Source of the DNA: an uncultured Acidobacteriota bacterium
GTDB lineage: Bacteria > Acidobacteriota > Vicinamibacteria > Vicinamibacterales > UBA8438
Assembly: GCA_913043225.1 (NCBI GenBank)
Contig: CAJWLU010000001.1
Location: 376,865 to 440,864, forward strand
DNA: 64,000 nucleotides
Reading direction: 5' to 3'
The translations under genes and the position numbers were made by a program. Below the pieces are notes generated by a model. The model was not told where the DNA came from and did no database searches. It was given only the letters and a program-made list of their open reading frames with translations. The first letter of the stretch is position 1. Each line of letters starts with the position of its first letter. Positions 29,006-41,804 of this stretch are shown here, piece after piece.

Positions 29006-31096
29006 ATGAAAGTTTACGACTCCGAGCAGATCCGCAACGTCGCGATCGTGGGCCACAGCGGCTCCGGCAAGACCCAGCTGACCTCGGCATTGCTCTACGA
29101 CGCCGGCGCCGTGAACCGGCTCGGCCTAGTTGACGACGGCACGACCACCACCGACTACGACGAAGAAGAAGTCGCCCGCAAGCACACACTGTCGGCAGCC
29201 ACCGCCTTCGCGGAGTGGAAGAAGCACAAGATCAACCTGATCGACACGCCGGGCATGGCGAACTTCTTCAGCGATGCCCGTTCGGCGCTGCGCGTGGCCG
29301 ATGCCGCGGTGGTCGTGGTTGATGCGGTCTCGGGCTCGGAGGTGATCACCGAGAAAGTCTGGGCGGCCACGGCTGAGCTAGATCTCCCTTGCATCGTGGT
29401 GCTGAATCGACTGGACCGTGAGCGCGCCAGTTTGTCCCGTTCGCTCGAATCGCTGCATGAGGCCTTCGGCCGCACCTTGGTCCCGGTTCAGCTGCCTATC
29501 GGTGAGGAGAAAGCGTTCAGTGGCATCGTGGACCTGGTGGCCAATCAGGCCGTGACCTTCGGCGAGGACGGACAGAGTCCCTCCTCGGCTGACGTACCGG
29601 CCGAGCTAGCCGACGAAGCCAATGCCGCCCGGGAAGCGCTGATCGAACTGGTGGCCGAAGCGGACGAGAGTCTCATGGAGCAGTTCTTCGAGGCGGGTAC
29701 ACTGACTCAGGCGCAGCTCGAATCCGGCCTAACGGCGGCCACGGCAAACCGGCAGGTCTTCCCGTTGTTCTGCACGTCCGCCATTACCAACCTAGGGATT
29801 CAATCGCTGCTCGATGCCCTTCTGACCTACGTCCCATCGCCCCTGAGCCGTAACCTCCCTGTCGTCGACAGCGAGGGAGAACCAACCAGCTACGATGCGG
29901 GCGACAGCGGAGCGTCAGCGCTCGTCTGGAAGACCGTGGCCGACCCGTTCGCGGGACGCATCACTATGTTTCGGATCACCTCCGGCACGCTGGCCTCGGA
30001 CTCGACCATCCGCAACGTGTCGAATGACTCCGCCGAGCGGGTGGGTGCAGTCGGACTGATGCAGGGCAAGACCCAGGAAACGGTGCCTGAGATCAAAGCC
30101 GGCGACCTCGGGTCGGTGGCCAAGCTGAAGGACACCCGTACCGGGGACACGCTGGCCGCCAAAGGTACCAGCTGGAGATTCGCTCCATTCCTGTTCACGG
30201 AACCGGTGCTCTCTTACGCCATCGAGCCCAAGAGCCGCGGCGACGAGGAGAAGATCAGCACCGCGCTACAGCGGCTCCAGGAGGAGGACCCGACGATTCG
30301 CTACGCCCGCGACCCGCAGACCGGGCAGCTGCTTCTCTCCGGCCAGGGCCAGTTACACATCGAAGTGACTGTGGCCAAGCTGAAGCGACGGTTTGGAGTC
30401 GAGGTCAACCTCAAGTTGCCCCGGATTCCGTATCGGGAGACGATCAAGGCGGCGACCGAGGCGCATGGACGCCACAAGAAGCAGACCGGCGGCCACGGAC
30501 AGTTCGGTGATTGCAAGATCAAGGTCAGGCCGCTCGAACGCGGACAGGACTTCGAGTTCATCGACGAGATCTTCGGTGGCGCCATCCCTCGGGGGTTCAT
30601 CCCAGCAGTCGAGAAGGGTATTCAGGAGGCACGCACTCGGGGCTATCTTGCCGGCTACCCCATGGTCGACTTCTCGGTCACGCTCTATGACGGCTCGTTT
30701 CATCCCGTCGACTCCAACGAGATGTCGTTCAAGATGGCCGGGCGGTTAGCATTCCGCGACGCGATGGAGCGAGCCAAGCCGACACTACTCGAACCGGTGA
30801 TGAACGTCGAAGTGTACGCGCCCAGCGACTACGCAGGCGATCTCATGGGTGATCTGAACGGACGCCGTGGCCGCATCGGGGGCATGGACACGCGCGGTGC
30901 CTCAACCTCGATCAAAGCGCAGGTGCCGATGTCAGAGATGTTGACCTACGAACAGCAACTCACCTCGGCCACCGGTGGCCGGGGCTCCTATCACATGGAG
31001 TTCTCGCACTACGAAGAGGTCCCGGCGCATGTCCAAGAGAAGGTGATCGCTGAAGCGAAGGCGGGCGGTGGAAACGGGGACGACGACGAAGGGTAG
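29006..31096 (+). CDS. elongation factor G paralogue (EF-G2 type)
   Basis: GHSGSGKT, DTPG, NRLD, KKQTGGHGQFG, five-domain EF-G length; divergent switch I. Confidence 0.93.
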   Translation: MKVYDSEQIRNVAIVGHSGSGKTQLTSALLYDAGAVNRLGLVDDGTTTTDYDEEEVARKHTLSAATAFAEWKKHKINLIDTPGMANFFSDARSALRVADAAVVVVDAVSGSEVITEKVWAATAELDLPCIVVLNRLDRERASLSRSLESLHEAFGRTLVPVQLPIGEEKAFSGIVDLVANQAVTFGEDGQSPSSADVPAELADEANAAREALIELVAEADESLMEQFFEAGTLTQAQLESGLTAATANRQVFPLFCTSAITNLGIQSLLDALLTYVPSPLSRNLPVVDSEGEPTSYDAGDSGASALVWKTVADPFAGRITMFRITSGTLASDSTIRNVSNDSAERVGAVGLMQGKTQETVPEIKAGDLGSVAKLKDTRTGDTLAAKGTSWRFAPFLFTEPVLSYAIEPKSRGDEEKISTALQRLQEEDPTIRYARDPQTGQLLLSGQGQLHIEVTVAKLKRRFGVEVNLKLPRIPYRETIKAATEAHGRHKKQTGGHGQFGDCKIKVRPLERGQDFEFIDEIFGGAIPRGFIPAVEKGIQEARTRGYLAGYPMVDFSVTLYDGSFHPVDSNEMSFKMAGRLAFRDAMERAKPTLLEPVMNVEVYAPSDYAGDLMGDLNGRRGRIGGMDTRGASTSIKAQVPMSEMLTYEQQLTSATGGRGSYHMEFSHYEEVPAHVQEKVIAEAKAGGGNGDDDEG

Positions 31097-31101
31097 AGGC
31101 G

Positions 31102-31138
31102 AAAACACGGCAGCTGCGGGTCAGACGACCCGCAGCTG
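31102..31138 (-). terminator. terminator between convergent EF-G2 gene and rplQ
   Basis: CAGCTGCGGGTC-AGAC-GACCCGCAGCTG 12-bp perfect stem; GTGTTTT follows on the minus strand. Confidence 0.8.
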
Positions 31139-31147
31139 ATGAGCACG

Positions 31148-31672
31148 TTATTCTTTCTCGGCGTCGGCGCCCTCCTCCGCATCACCACGGAGACGCTTCG
31201 CGGCGGCGCGTAGCCGGCCACCCACTCCCTGGCCGCCAGACGCCGCTTCTTCGGCCGCATCATCCCCATCGGCCTCGGTCGGGTCGTACTCGCTGCCAAC
31301 CAGTTCAATCTGCGCGATCTCGGCCTGGTCACCTTTCCGGCGTCCGAGTTGCAGGACCCGTGTATAGCCACCAGGACGCTCAGAGAATCTCGGAGCGATG
31401 GACTCGAAGAGCTTGCTTGCGACCTTCTTGTCAGCGAGGTCGCGAGCCACGAGCCGCCTGGCATGCAACGCCTTGGGGGTATCGTCCCCCTCGGCGATGC
31501 CACGCTTGGCGACAGTGATCAACCGCTCCACGAACGGACGGAGTTCCTTTGCCTTGGCCAGCGTCGTATCGATACGCTCGTGACGCAGCAGCATCTGCGC
31601 CTGGTTTCGCAGCGTGGCGATCCGGTGCTCCGTGACCCGCCCCAGCTTTCGGTGGGCTACTCGATGACGCAT
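31148..31672 (-). CDS. rplQ: 50S ribosomal protein L17
   Basis: MRHRVAHRKLGR, TTLAKAKELR, RPGGYTRV. Confidence 0.99.
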   Translation of the reverse strand: MRHRVAHRKLGRVTEHRIATLRNQAQMLLRHERIDTTLAKAKELRPFVERLITVAKRGIAEGDDTPKALHARRLVARDLADKKVASKLFESIAPRFSERPGGYTRVLQLGRRKGDQAEIAQIELVGSEYDPTEADGDDAAEEAASGGQGVGGRLRAAAKRLRGDAEEGADAEKE

Positions 31673-31677
31673 CGTTG

Positions 31678-32667
31678 TTACTCCGCTTCGCCCTCGGCGA
31701 CCGGCTGATCCAGCCGCATGCCGAGGCCGAGCCCCATGCCCTGGAGGATCTCTTTGATCTCGTTGAGAGACTTCCGCCCGAAGTTCTTGGTGCGGAGCAT
31801 CTCAGGCTCGGTCTTCAGCACCAATTCGCGAATGGTCTGGATGTTGGCGTTCTTCAAGCAGTTATAGGACCGGACCGAGAGCTCCAGTTCCTCGACGCTC
31901 TTGTCGAGATGCTCGTTTGATACTACCGTCGGCACCGCCTCACCCTCCGATTCCGCTGGGGCATCCACCGGGTCGTCGAGATTGATGAAGATACTCAGAT
32001 GGTCGCGAACTAGTTTCGCTCCAAGCGAGACGGCATCGCGCGCGGTGACAGTGCCATCGGTCCAAACATCCACGGTGAGCTTGTCATAGTCGGTGGTCTG
32101 TCCTAGCCGAGCGGCCTCGACCAGATAGTTCACCTTGCGCACCGGGGAGTGGACAGAATCAACCGGAATCCATCCGATCCCGAGATCATCATCGAAGTTC
32201 TTGTCCGCAGACACATACCCCCGCCCCTGCTTGACCCGCATTTCCATGTGCAGCGAGCCCCCGTCTGAGACGGTCGCGATGTGCAGGTCCTGGTCGAGAA
32301 TCTCAACATCGCCGTCGCCCTCAAGATCCGAAGCCTTGACCTCACCGGCCTTGTCTGCCCGAAGATACAAGGTCTTCGTCTGATCAGAGTGCAGCTTGAT
32401 CGGGATCTGTTTGAGATTCAGGATGATATCGGTCGCGTCTTCCACCACCCCGGGGATCGGTGAAAATTCGTGCAGCACATTGTCGATCTTCACGCTGGTC
32501 ACCGCCGCCCCTTCGATGGCCGACAGCAACACGCGGCGCAGGGCGTTCCCAATCGTCGTGCCGAACCCACGCTCGAACGGCTGAGCATGGAAACGACCAT
32601 ACTGATCGGTCAGGGTGTCGGCATCGAACTCCAGCCGCTTCGGTCGCTGGAAGCCTTTCCACAACAT
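31678..32667 (-). CDS. rpoA: RNA polymerase alpha subunit
   Basis: [31 protein letters not shown]. Confidence 0.99.
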   Translation of the reverse strand: MLWKGFQRPKRLEFDADTLTDQYGRFHAQPFERGFGTTIGNALRRVLLSAIEGAAVTSVKIDNVLHEFSPIPGVVEDATDIILNLKQIPIKLHSDQTKTLYLRADKAGEVKASDLEGDGDVEILDQDLHIATVSDGGSLHMEMRVKQGRGYVSADKNFDDDLGIGWIPVDSVHSPVRKVNYLVEAARLGQTTDYDKLTVDVWTDGTVTARDAVSLGAKLVRDHLSIFINLDDPVDAPAESEGEAVPTVVSNEHLDKSVEELELSVRSYNCLKNANIQTIRELVLKTEPEMLRTKNFGRKSLNEIKEILQGMGLGLGMRLDQPVAEGEAE

Positions 32668-32737
32668 CGAGTCAGTCCTTTCTGTAGCCGGTACCGGCCG
32701 GGCTCTCCCGGCGGAGCACGCGTCGCGTCTCTAGTTC

Positions 32738-33370
32738 CTACTTCGAATACAGCTCGACGATCAGCTGCTCCTGCACCGGCAGATTAATCTGGTCGCGTGT
32801 CGGCAACGACGCGACTTTTCCGGTCATGCTCTCCGCGTCGAACTCCAGCCACTCGGGGATACCTCGCCCCTTGACCTCCTCCATCGCGTAAAGGATGGAC
32901 GCTTTCTTGGCGCTCCGCTCACGCACGGCCACAGCATCGCCGGCCTTGAGAGAGATCGAAGGGATGTCGGCCCGTCGCCCGTTCACACGGACGTGACCGT
33001 GACGCACCAACTGACGCGCCTGCGGCCGAGAGGTGGCTAGGCCGAGCCGGTAGACAACGTTGTCGAGTCGTCGCTCAAGAAGCTGCAGCAGGGTTTCGCC
33101 CGTGATGCCACGCTGGCGCTCGGCCGCCGCGAAGTAGAGGCGGAACTGGCTCTCCAGCACACCATAGGTGCGCTTCACCTTCTGCTTCTCACGGAGCTGC
33201 GACCCGTACCCCATTACCTTGTTAGGTCGACGGCGGCGGCTCTGTTGCCCGGGAGGAACATTGCGCTTCTCGATGGCGCACTTCTCCGCGTAGCAACGCT
33301 CCCCTTTCAGGAAGAGCTTCATGCCCTCTCGCCGACACAGTCGGCAAACGGGTCCTGCGTATCGTGCCAT
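32738..33370 (-). CDS. rpsD: 30S ribosomal protein S4
   Basis: [26 protein letters not shown]. Confidence 0.99.
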   Translation of the reverse strand: MARYAGPVCRLCRREGMKLFLKGERCYAEKCAIEKRNVPPGQQSRRRRPNKVMGYGSQLREKQKVKRTYGVLESQFRLYFAAAERQRGITGETLLQLLERRLDNVVYRLGLATSRPQARQLVRHGHVRVNGRRADIPSISLKAGDAVAVRERSAKKASILYAMEEVKGRGIPEWLEFDAESMTGKVASLPTRDQINLPVQEQLIVELYSK

Positions 33371-33382
33371 GCTGGTCTTCTC

Positions 33383-33829
33383 CTACACCCGACGCCGTTT
33401 TGGCGGCCGGCATCCATTGTGCGGGATCGGCGTGACGTCCTTGATCGACTTCACACTGAGTCCCACCGAAGCCTGCAGGGCACGAATGGCCGACTCACGA
33501 CCGCCCCCCGGGCCCTTCACCCGAACGTCGACTGTCCTCATTCCGACCGCCTTGGCCCCGTGCCCGGCGCGGATCGAAGCCTGCGTCGCGGCAAACGGAG
33601 TGCCCTTCCTCGATCCACGGAACCCGATAGCTCCGGCGCTGGACCACGCCACCACGCTGCCCGCAGGGTCCGCGATGGTTATGATGGTGTTATTGAACGA
33701 CGCTTGGATGTGCACGATACCGTGATGCACCACCCGCTTGTCGCGCTTCTTCTTAAACGTCTTCTTTCGCTTCCCCGCCGGTTTCTTTGGCGGCGGAACC
33801 GACGCGTCGACTGTCTCAAGCTTTGCCAT
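33383..33829 (-). CDS. rpsK: 30S ribosomal protein S11
   Basis: [25 protein letters not shown]. Confidence 0.99.
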   Translation of the reverse strand: MAKLETVDASVPPPKKPAGKRKKTFKKKRDKRVVHHGIVHIQASFNNTIITIADPAGSVVAWSSAGAIGFRGSRKGTPFAATQASIRAGHGAKAVGMRTVDVRVKGPGGGRESAIRALQASVGLSVKSIKDVTPIPHNGCRPPKRRRV

Positions 33830-33853
33830 TCGCCAGCAGTCCTTTCTCGACCA

Positions 33854-34228
33854 TCAGCTCGTCTTCTTCTTCGCCACCGCGCCCTTCTTCGGTCCCTTAC
33901 GGGTCCGGGCGTTTGTCTGGGTGCGCTGCCCGCGCACCGGCAGATTCCGGCGATGACGCATGCCACGAAAGCACCCGATCTCCATCATCCGCTTGATGTT
34001 CATCGTGACCTCCTTGCGAAGGTCACCTTCGACCCGGCCCTGCTCCTCGATCACGCGCGCGATCTTGCGCACGTCATCCTCGGAGAGGTCCTTGATCCGG
34101 ATGTCTGGATCAACACCGGCCTCCTGAAGAATAATCCCCGCCCGGTGGTCACCGATGCCGTAGATATAGGTCAACCCAGTTTCGATGCGCTTAGTGCGCG
34201 GAAGATCAACGCCTGCGATTCGAGCCAT
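33854..34228 (-). CDS. rpsM: 30S ribosomal protein S13
   Basis: [27 protein letters not shown]. Confidence 0.99.
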   Translation of the reverse strand: MARIAGVDLPRTKRIETGLTYIYGIGDHRAGIILQEAGVDPDIRIKDLSEDDVRKIARVIEEQGRVEGDLRKEVTMNIKRMMEIGCFRGMRHRRNLPVRGQRTQTNARTRKGPKKGAVAKKKTS

Positions 34229-34237
34229 GGTCTCGCC

Positions 34238-34351
34238 TCAGCCTTGCCGCTGTTTGTGCTTCGGATTCGAGCAAGTCACACGCACGACGCCGTGTCGTCG
34301 CACGACCTTGCATTTGTCGCAGATCCGCTTGACCGATGTTCGTACCTTCAT
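34238..34351 (-). CDS. rpmJ: 50S ribosomal protein L36 (below ORF-track cutoff)
   Basis: Hand translation [37 protein letters not shown]. Confidence 0.98.
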   Translation of the reverse strand: MKVRTSVKRICDKCKVVRRHGVVRVTCSNPKHKQRQG

Positions 34352-34352
34352 T

Positions 34353-34625
34353 TCAACCACCCCTCGGCGCTATCACGCCGGGCTCCGTGTCCGCCCCCGC
34401 GCGCCGGGTGATCCGCCCGCGGGTCCTGTTCCTCGCCGTCAACTCCACCGTGACCCGGTCACCAGGCAACAACCGCACGAAATTTCGTCGTGGAGACGCA
34501 TCGATATGCGCAACCACTCGTCCGTTCGATTCGATGAGCCGCACAACATACAACGCATCTGGTAGCTGCTCGACAACCTCGCCCTCATGAGATCGGCCTG
34601 GCGCACTCGCCGACGTCATCATCAT
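34353..34625 (-). CDS. infA: translation initiation factor IF-1-like protein, divergent
   Basis: [31 protein letters not shown]; canonical map-infA-rpmJ position. Confidence 0.8.
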   Translation of the reverse strand: MMMTSASAPGRSHEGEVVEQLPDALYVVRLIESNGRVVAHIDASPRRNFVRLLPGDRVTVELTARNRTRGRITRRAGADTEPGVIAPRGG

Positions 34626-35434
34626 CCACGCGCGACCGGTTCGATCAACGCGGACTCCTCGGTTTGAGCCGCACCCACCAATTCGGTATCGCGCCGGGTC
34701 AGCACCTCTGCCCCCGAATTCGAGACGGCCACCGTATGCTCGAAGTGGGCGGCCAGACTGCCGTCCCTGGTCACGGCGGTCCAGCCGTCGTTCAGCACCT
34801 TGACCGCCGCTCCGCCCATCGTCACCATCGGCTCGATGGCCAGCACCATGCCGGTCGAGAGCAACGGGCCGCGCCCCGGCTCGCCGTAGTTCGGGATCTG
34901 CGGTTCTTCGTGCAGCTCGGTGCCGATGCCATGTCCGACGAACTCGCGGACCACGGCGAACCCATGGGCTTCGACATGCCGCTGAACCGCATGCCCGATG
35001 TCAGACACGTGACCACCGTCACGAACCTGTGCAATCGCACGTTCCAGCGACTCGCGCGTCACTTCGAGTAGCTCAGCCGTCCGCGAGGGCACCGTGCCCA
35101 CCGGAACGGTGAGGGCAGAGTCGCCATAGAAACCGTCCAGCACCACGCCCATATCGAGTGACACGATATCGCCCTCGTTGAGCGGCTCGTCGTTCGGGAT
35201 CCCGTGTACCACGGCCTGATTGACCGAGGCACACAGCGTCGCCGGATAGCCGTGGTAGCCCTTGAAGGCCGGTACCGCACCAGCCTCCCGCACCTGCTGC
35301 TCGGCCATCACGTCGAGCTCCTGGGTGGACACGCCAGGCGCCACGACCTGCTCAAGCCGAGACAACACCGCCGACACCAGCCCATTGGCCTTCCGCATGC
35401 GACTGACCTCGACCGGTGACTTGCGCGCGATCAT
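34622..35434 (-). CDS. map: type I methionine aminopeptidase
   Basis: VVHGIP, GFYGDSA, GHGIG..LHEEP, AIEPM, AHFEHT. Confidence 0.98.
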   Translation of the reverse strand: MIARKSPVEVSRMRKANGLVSAVLSRLEQVVAPGVSTQELDVMAEQQVREAGAVPAFKGYHGYPATLCASVNQAVVHGIPNDEPLNEGDIVSLDMGVVLDGFYGDSALTVPVGTVPSRTAELLEVTRESLERAIAQVRDGGHVSDIGHAVQRHVEAHGFAVVREFVGHGIGTELHEEPQIPNYGEPGRGPLLSTGMVLAIEPMVTMGGAAVKVLNDGWTAVTRDGSLAAHFEHTVAVSNSGAEVLTRRDTELVGAAQTEESALIEPVARG

Positions 35435-36119
35435 CGTGCATCCCCACCCGTTGCGACGCTGACCGACAGCTCACTGACAATCTCGTCGACGGCGCCATTA
35501 AGCGCTGCCCCGACCGCCTCCGGCGACTGGTTCCCGTCAAGCGCCCGGAACGTCGGACGGCTCGAGTAGTAATCGACGAGCGGTTTGGTCGCCTCGGCGT
35601 ATACCCGAAGCCGCTCCCGTATGACCTCCTCGGTGTCGTCGCTCCGGAACACCAACTCGCCGCCGCATCGCTCACACGGCGGAACCTCGGCCCCAGCCGC
35701 TACGCCCGTCGCATTGCCACACTGGCCGCACACCCGTCGCAGCGCCAGCCGGGCCACAAGGGCATCGTCTGGCACGGCGATGTCCACTACCACCAGTGCG
35801 CCCTGACTGGCCATGATCTCGTCGAGCGCCGTCGCCTGCGCCACGGTGCGCGGAAATCCATCGAGTACGAACCCGCACGCGACGTCGACTCGTCCCAGAC
35901 GCTCGCGCACGATGGCGATCATCAGTTGATCGTCGACCAGACCACCCGCATCCATGGTGGCCTTGGCGCGCTGGCCAAGCTCGGTGTTCGACTGGACGGC
36001 GTCTCTAAGAATGTCACCGGTCGAGATCTTCGGGATGCCTCGCTGCTGCGCGAACTCCACCGCTTGAGTCCCTTTGCCAGCCCCTGGGGGACCCAGCACC
36101 ACAAGGTTGATCGGTGCAC

Positions 36120-36123
<4 letters not shown>
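35431..36123 (-). CDS. adk: adenylate kinase (zinc LID)
   Basis: GPPGAGKGTQA, STGDILR, LDGFPRT, CGQC/CERC. Confidence 0.98.
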
Positions 36124-37508
<1,385 letters not shown>

Positions 37509-37525
37509 CGGGTCGCTCCCTGGGA

Positions 37526-38152
37526 CTAGGCGTCACCGGCCGGCGGCTCGCTGTCGTCGCCGGCCCCTGCCTCACCCTGGTCCCCCTCAGCTGTCGCGTC
37601 CGGCGCCGGGGCTTCGTCAGTCACCACGGCGCTCTCGACCGTCTCTTCCGGCGACGCCTCCACCGCGGAAGTCTCGGTCGACTCGGACTCAGCCTCGGCC
37701 GCCGCTCTGGTCAACACCTCGGCCGAGCCGCCAGCCGCCTGGATCTTCTCCGCGGCGCGACCGCTGAACTTGTGTGCCTTGACGTTTAGGGCGCGATCGA
37801 TCTCACCGCGCGCGAGCACCTTGATTGGCTTCCGCCGAGACCGCACGATGCCACGTTCGCACAGCACCTCCGGTGTCACGACCGCTCCCGCCTCGAACCG
37901 CTCAGCCAAGGTGTCGAGATTGACCACCGCGTACTCGACCCGGAAGGGGTTATAGAAACCACGCTTCGGGAGTCGACGGTGGAGCGGCATCTGCCCACCC
38001 TCGAACCCGCGCTTGCGCTTGAACCCTGAACGCGACTTCTGGCCCTTGTCGCCTCGCCCCGACGTAACGCCGTTGCCGGACCCATAGCCGCGCCCCACGC
38101 GCTTCTTCGCGTGCTTGGCGCCCTTGGGCGGCTTCAGATCGCTGAGATTCAT
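37526..38152 (-). CDS. rplO: 50S ribosomal protein L15 with acidic C-terminal extension
   Basis: [26 protein letters not shown]. Confidence 0.99.
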   Translation of the reverse strand: MNLSDLKPPKGAKHAKKRVGRGYGSGNGVTSGRGDKGQKSRSGFKRKRGFEGGQMPLHRRLPKRGFYNPFRVEYAVVNLDTLAERFEAGAVVTPEVLCERGIVRSRRKPIKVLARGEIDRALNVKAHKFSGRAAEKIQAAGGSAEVLTRAAAEAESESTETSAVEASPEETVESAVVTDEAPAPDATAEGDQGEAGAGDDSEPPAGDA

Positions 38153-38157
38153 GCTCG

Positions 38158-38361
38158 TCAGCCCTCGCCGTCACTCACGCGAACCAGATGCCGGACCTTC
38201 CGGATCATGCCGCGCACCGACGGAACGTCCTTGACCTCGACGGTATGGCCGATCCGCCGGAGGCCAAGCCCCCGTACGACCTCGGCCTGCCGCTTGTCGA
38301 ACCCGATCGTACTGCGCACCAGCGTTACCCTGACGCGCCCCGCCTCGGCTGTGTCTGTCAT
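38158..38361 (-). CDS. rpmD: 50S ribosomal protein L30
   Basis: [26 protein letters not shown]; position between rpsE and rplO. Confidence 0.97.
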   Translation of the reverse strand: MTDTAEAGRVRVTLVRSTIGFDKRQAEVVRGLGLRRIGHTVEVKDVPSVRGMIRKVRHLVRVSDGEG

Positions 38362-38377
38362 CTCGTCACCGCCCCAG

Positions 38378-38890
38378 TCACGCCGACAGGTCTTCCACGT
38401 CGATCCCGCGTAACCGAGCCACGGTCACCGGATCCGTCAGATCGGTGAGTCCGGTAAACGTCGCTCGCACCACGTTATGTGGATTGTCAGTCCCCAGCGA
38501 TTTGGTGACGATGTTCTGAATACCCGCCGACTCCATCACCGCACGCACCGCGCCGCCAGCGATGATCCCAGTCCCTTCCGGAGCCGGCTTGAGCAGCACG
38601 CGACCAGCGCCAAAGCGACCAACGATCGTGTGCGGAATGGTCGTCCCGGTAAGGGGCACACGCACCAGCGCCTTCTTGGCCGCCTCGATCCCCTTCTTGA
38701 TGGCCGACGGCACCTCTTTAGCCTTGCCGATGCCGAAGCCAGCCACCCCATGGTTGTCTCCTACGACCACCAGCGCGCTAAAACTGAGGTTCTTGCCGCC
38801 CTTTACAACCTTGGTGACCCGGTTGATTGACACGACCGTGTCCTTCAGGTCGAAATCGAGGGGGTCGATCTTCGCTCTCGTGTCGCTCAT
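38378..38890 (-). CDS. rpsE: 30S ribosomal protein S5
   Basis: [24 protein letters not shown]. Confidence 0.99.
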   Translation of the reverse strand: MSDTRAKIDPLDFDLKDTVVSINRVTKVVKGGKNLSFSALVVVGDNHGVAGFGIGKAKEVPSAIKKGIEAAKKALVRVPLTGTTIPHTIVGRFGAGRVLLKPAPEGTGIIAGGAVRAVMESAGIQNIVTKSLGTDNPHNVVRATFTGLTDLTDPVTVARLRGIDVEDLSA

Positions 38891-38911
38891 CTCTCGTTCA
38901 TCCCGCCGGAC

Positions 38912-39286
38912 TCAGAACTTGAGCCCCGCCTCGCGCGCAGCATCCGCCACACAACGCACTCGCCCGTGATAGAGGAACCCGCTGCGGTCAAACACCACAC
39001 TGGTGACGCCCTTCTCGATCGCTCGCTCCGCCACCAGCTTTCCGATCGCCTCGGCGCCCGCTTTGTTCCCACCCCTGGCTCCGTCGGCAAACGACGCCTT
39101 GGCGGAAGGTTCGACGCTCGAAGCCGCAGCCATGGTCGTGCCGGTGTCGTCGTCGATCACCTGAGCCGAGATGTGCGCGGCACTGCGAAACACCGCCAGC
39201 CGCGGCCGGCCAGCCGTCCCCTTCAGGGGCGTCCGCTGTCGCAACGCGATCCGGCGTCGTCTATCCTTCTTGGTCTTGACCTTCAT
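38912..39286 (-). CDS. rplR: 50S ribosomal protein L18
   Basis: [31 protein letters not shown]. Confidence 0.99.
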   Translation of the reverse strand: MKVKTKKDRRRRIALRQRTPLKGTAGRPRLAVFRSAAHISAQVIDDDTGTTMAAASSVEPSAKASFADGARGGNKAGAEAIGKLVAERAIEKGVTSVVFDRSGFLYHGRVRCVADAAREAGLKF

Positions 39287-39291
39287 CGCCC

Positions 39292-39828
39292 CTAGGCTCC
39301 CGTCTTGCCCACCTTCTTCTTGAGCACTTCGCCCGTGTAACGAATGCCCTTCTGCTTGTAGGGGTCCGGCTTACGCAGCCCGCGGATATCGGCCGCCACC
39401 TGCCCGACAACTTGACGGTCGACTCCAGACACCACCAGGTGGGTCTGGTTATCGACCTTGATGCCTATCCCCTCCGGAATGTCGAACAGCACAGGGTGCG
39501 AATAGCCGAGGGCGAGGGTCAACAGCTGCCCTTTCACCCCGGCTCGATAGCCGATGCCCACGATGTCCAGTTCTTTCTGAAAGCCGGTGGACACCCCAGC
39601 GACCGCATTGGCGACCAAGCTGCGCGCAAGCCCGTGAAACTTCGCAAGCGCGCGGTCTTCACGCACCGGCTTCGCCTCCAGACGGCCCTCGTTCTCTTCG
39701 ATTCGGATTCCAGGGGGCAAGGCCTGCCGCAGGGTGCCCTTCGGCCCCTTAACCTCCACCGCATCGTCCGAGATCTGCACGCTGACCCCGCTCGGAATCG
39801 ATATCGGTCTCTTCCCTACTCGCGACAT
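39292..39828 (-). CDS. rplF: 50S ribosomal protein L6
   Basis: [26 protein letters not shown]. Confidence 0.99.
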   Translation of the reverse strand: MSRVGKRPISIPSGVSVQISDDAVEVKGPKGTLRQALPPGIRIEENEGRLEAKPVREDRALAKFHGLARSLVANAVAGVSTGFQKELDIVGIGYRAGVKGQLLTLALGYSHPVLFDIPEGIGIKVDNQTHLVVSGVDRQVVGQVAADIRGLRKPDPYKQKGIRYTGEVLKKKVGKTGA

Positions 39829-39852
39829 CGGTCTCGCTCCTCTGTCTCCGCG

Positions 39853-40263
39853 CTACCAGACGTTGCAGAGCACTTCACCGCCAACGCCTTCCTTCACCGC
39901 GTCACGCCCGGTCATGATCCCGCGCGAGGTCGTGAGGATGCTGGTCCCGAGTCCGGCCAGTACCGGAGGAACCGCGTCACGCCCGAAATACACACGGCGG
40001 CCGGGTCGACTCACCCGTTCGATCCCAGAGATCACCTTCTCTCCCTGGGAGCCGTACTTCAGATAAATGCGGATCATCGGCCGGGCCATCTGCCCGCGCT
40101 CCACGACCACCTCGACCATCTTGAACGAGTCGATGTAGCCCTCACTCTGGAGGATCCTCGCGATCTCGGTCTTGAGTCGCGATGCCGGAACGTCGACCCG
40201 CTTCCGCCGTACTGCGGTGGCGTTGCGGATTCTCGACAACATGTCGGCGATCGGATCAGTCAT
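39853..40263 (-). CDS. rpsH: 30S ribosomal protein S8
   Basis: MTDPIADMLSRIRNA, SRPGRRVY, GGEVLCNVW. Confidence 0.99.
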   Translation of the reverse strand: MTDPIADMLSRIRNATAVRRKRVDVPASRLKTEIARILQSEGYIDSFKMVEVVVERGQMARPMIRIYLKYGSQGEKVISGIERVSRPGRRVYFGRDAVPPVLAGLGTSILTTSRGIMTGRDAVKEGVGGEVLCNVW

Positions 40264-40314
40264 GTTCGTTGTTCTCTGCATCGAGCGTCCCGGCACAGCC
40301 GAGACGTAGTTACG

Positions 40315-40500
40315 TCACCAGCTGCTCTTGGTCACTCCAGCGAGATCGCCTTCGAGTGCCAACCGCCGGAAACAGAGGCGGCACAGCGCGAACTTCCTGA
40401 TGAACGCACGAGGACGGCCGCACAACTGGCAGCGATTACGCTGCCTGGTCTTGTACTTCGGCGGCCGCTTTTCTTTCACGATCTTGGCGGTTGTTGCCAT
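40315..40500 (-). CDS. rpsN: 30S ribosomal protein S14, zinc type
   Basis: 61 aa, [20 protein letters not shown]. Confidence 0.99.
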   Translation of the reverse strand: MATTAKIVKEKRPPKYKTRQRNRCQLCGRPRAFIRKFALCRLCFRRLALEGDLAGVTKSSW

Positions 40501-40545
40501 CTGCTACGCCCCTGCCCGATTCGTCCGGCGGTTCGATCCGCCTGA

Positions 40546-41088
40546 TCAGTTCGTCCGGAACGGCATCCCCATCAACTGGAGAAGCCGTCGACCTTCCTCG
40601 TCCGTCTTGGCCGTCGTCACCACCGAGACGTTCAGTCCCCGCGACTTGTCCGCTTGCATGTAATCAATCTCGATGAACATAAGCTGGTCTCGAAGCCCCA
40701 ACGTGTAGTTCCCGCGACCGTCGAACCCCTTGGGGGACACACCGCGAAAATCGCGAACTCGCGGCAGGGCAATGGAGAACAAGCGATCGAGGAACTCGTA
40801 CATCCGGTCACGACGTAAGCTCACCATCGCCCCGATCGGCATGCCTTGGCGCACCTTGAACTGCGCAATCGACTTCCGCGCCCGCGTCGTCAGCGACTTC
40901 TGACCGGTGATACGGGTCAATTCGTCCGCGCCTGCATCGATCAACTTCACGTTCTGGGTTGCCTCGCCCAGTCCCATATTGACCACGACCCGGCGAACCT
41001 TGGGCACCGCCATGACATTGGTGTAGCCGAACTCCTTCGTCAGGGCCGGCACGACCGTCTCGTGATACCGCTCTTTCAATCGATTCAT
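40546..41088 (-). CDS. rplE: 50S ribosomal protein L5
   Basis: [28 protein letters not shown]. Confidence 0.99.
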   Translation of the reverse strand: MNRLKERYHETVVPALTKEFGYTNVMAVPKVRRVVVNMGLGEATQNVKLIDAGADELTRITGQKSLTTRARKSIAQFKVRQGMPIGAMVSLRRDRMYEFLDRLFSIALPRVRDFRGVSPKGFDGRGNYTLGLRDQLMFIEIDYMQADKSRGLNVSVVTTAKTDEEGRRLLQLMGMPFRTN

Positions 41089-41417
41089 CGGTCCACGACT
41101 CCGTCGCACTTGCGGCAGATCCGCACTTTCCGTCCATCTCCGAGCAAACGGCGCCCGAGTCGCGTCGGTGCGCTGCACTCGGGACACAGCAGCTGCACGT
41201 TGGACACGTGCAGCGCCGACTCACGCTCGACAATCCCGCCCTTGACGTTCTGTCCTGGATTGGGACGGGTATGACGCTTGACGATGTTCACGCCCTCGAC
41301 GATCAGCCGGTTCTTCCCAGGCACGAGCCGCAACACGCGTCCCCGCTTTCCTCGGTCTTTTCCGCTGACCACGACGACGTTGTCGTTCTTGCGGATCGAG
41401 GTCTGAATGCTAGACAT
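41085..41417 (-). CDS. rplX: 50S ribosomal protein L24
   Basis: [24 protein letters not shown]. Confidence 0.99.
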   Translation of the reverse strand: MSSIQTSIRKNDNVVVVSGKDRGKRGRVLRLVPGKNRLIVEGVNIVKRHTRPNPGQNVKGGIVERESALHVSNVQLLCPECSAPTRLGRRLLGDGRKVRICRKCDGVVDR

Positions 41418-41422
41418 GGCTC

Positions 41423-41791
41423 CTACAGTACCTCCGGCGCCAGGGAGATGATCTTCATGAACTTGCGCTCGCGAAGCTCGCGGGCCACCGGTCCGAACAC
41501 ACGGGTGCCTACCGGCTCCCCCTGCTCGTTCACCAACACCGCGGCGTTGCGATCGAACCGGATGTAACTACCATCCCGCCGGCGGTACTCCTTAGCCGTG
41601 CGAACGATGACGGCCCGCACGACCTGCCCCTTCTTGACGGCCGACGCCGGGACGGCCTCTTTAACCGAGGCGGTCACAAGGTCCCCAAGGCGCGCAAAAC
41701 GCCCAGTCGCTCCACCGATCGGGTTGATCACCGCTATCTTCCGGGCCCCGGAGTTGTCCGCCACGTCGAGGATCGACTGCATCTGGATCAT
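41423..41791 (-). CDS. rplN: 50S ribosomal protein L14
   Basis: [26 protein letters not shown]. Confidence 0.99.
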   Translation of the reverse strand: MIQMQSILDVADNSGARKIAVINPIGGATGRFARLGDLVTASVKEAVPASAVKKGQVVRAVIVRTAKEYRRRDGSYIRFDRNAAVLVNEQGEPVGTRVFGPVARELRERKFMKIISLAPEVL

Positions 41792-41804
41792 CGGTCTGTC
41801 CTCG

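Noticed and set aside
29006..31096. Tetracycline ribosomal protection protein (TetM/TetO)
   Set aside because: Length and domain IV motifs (KKQTGGHGQFG, GSFHPVDS) are EF-G-like, and there is no mobile context.
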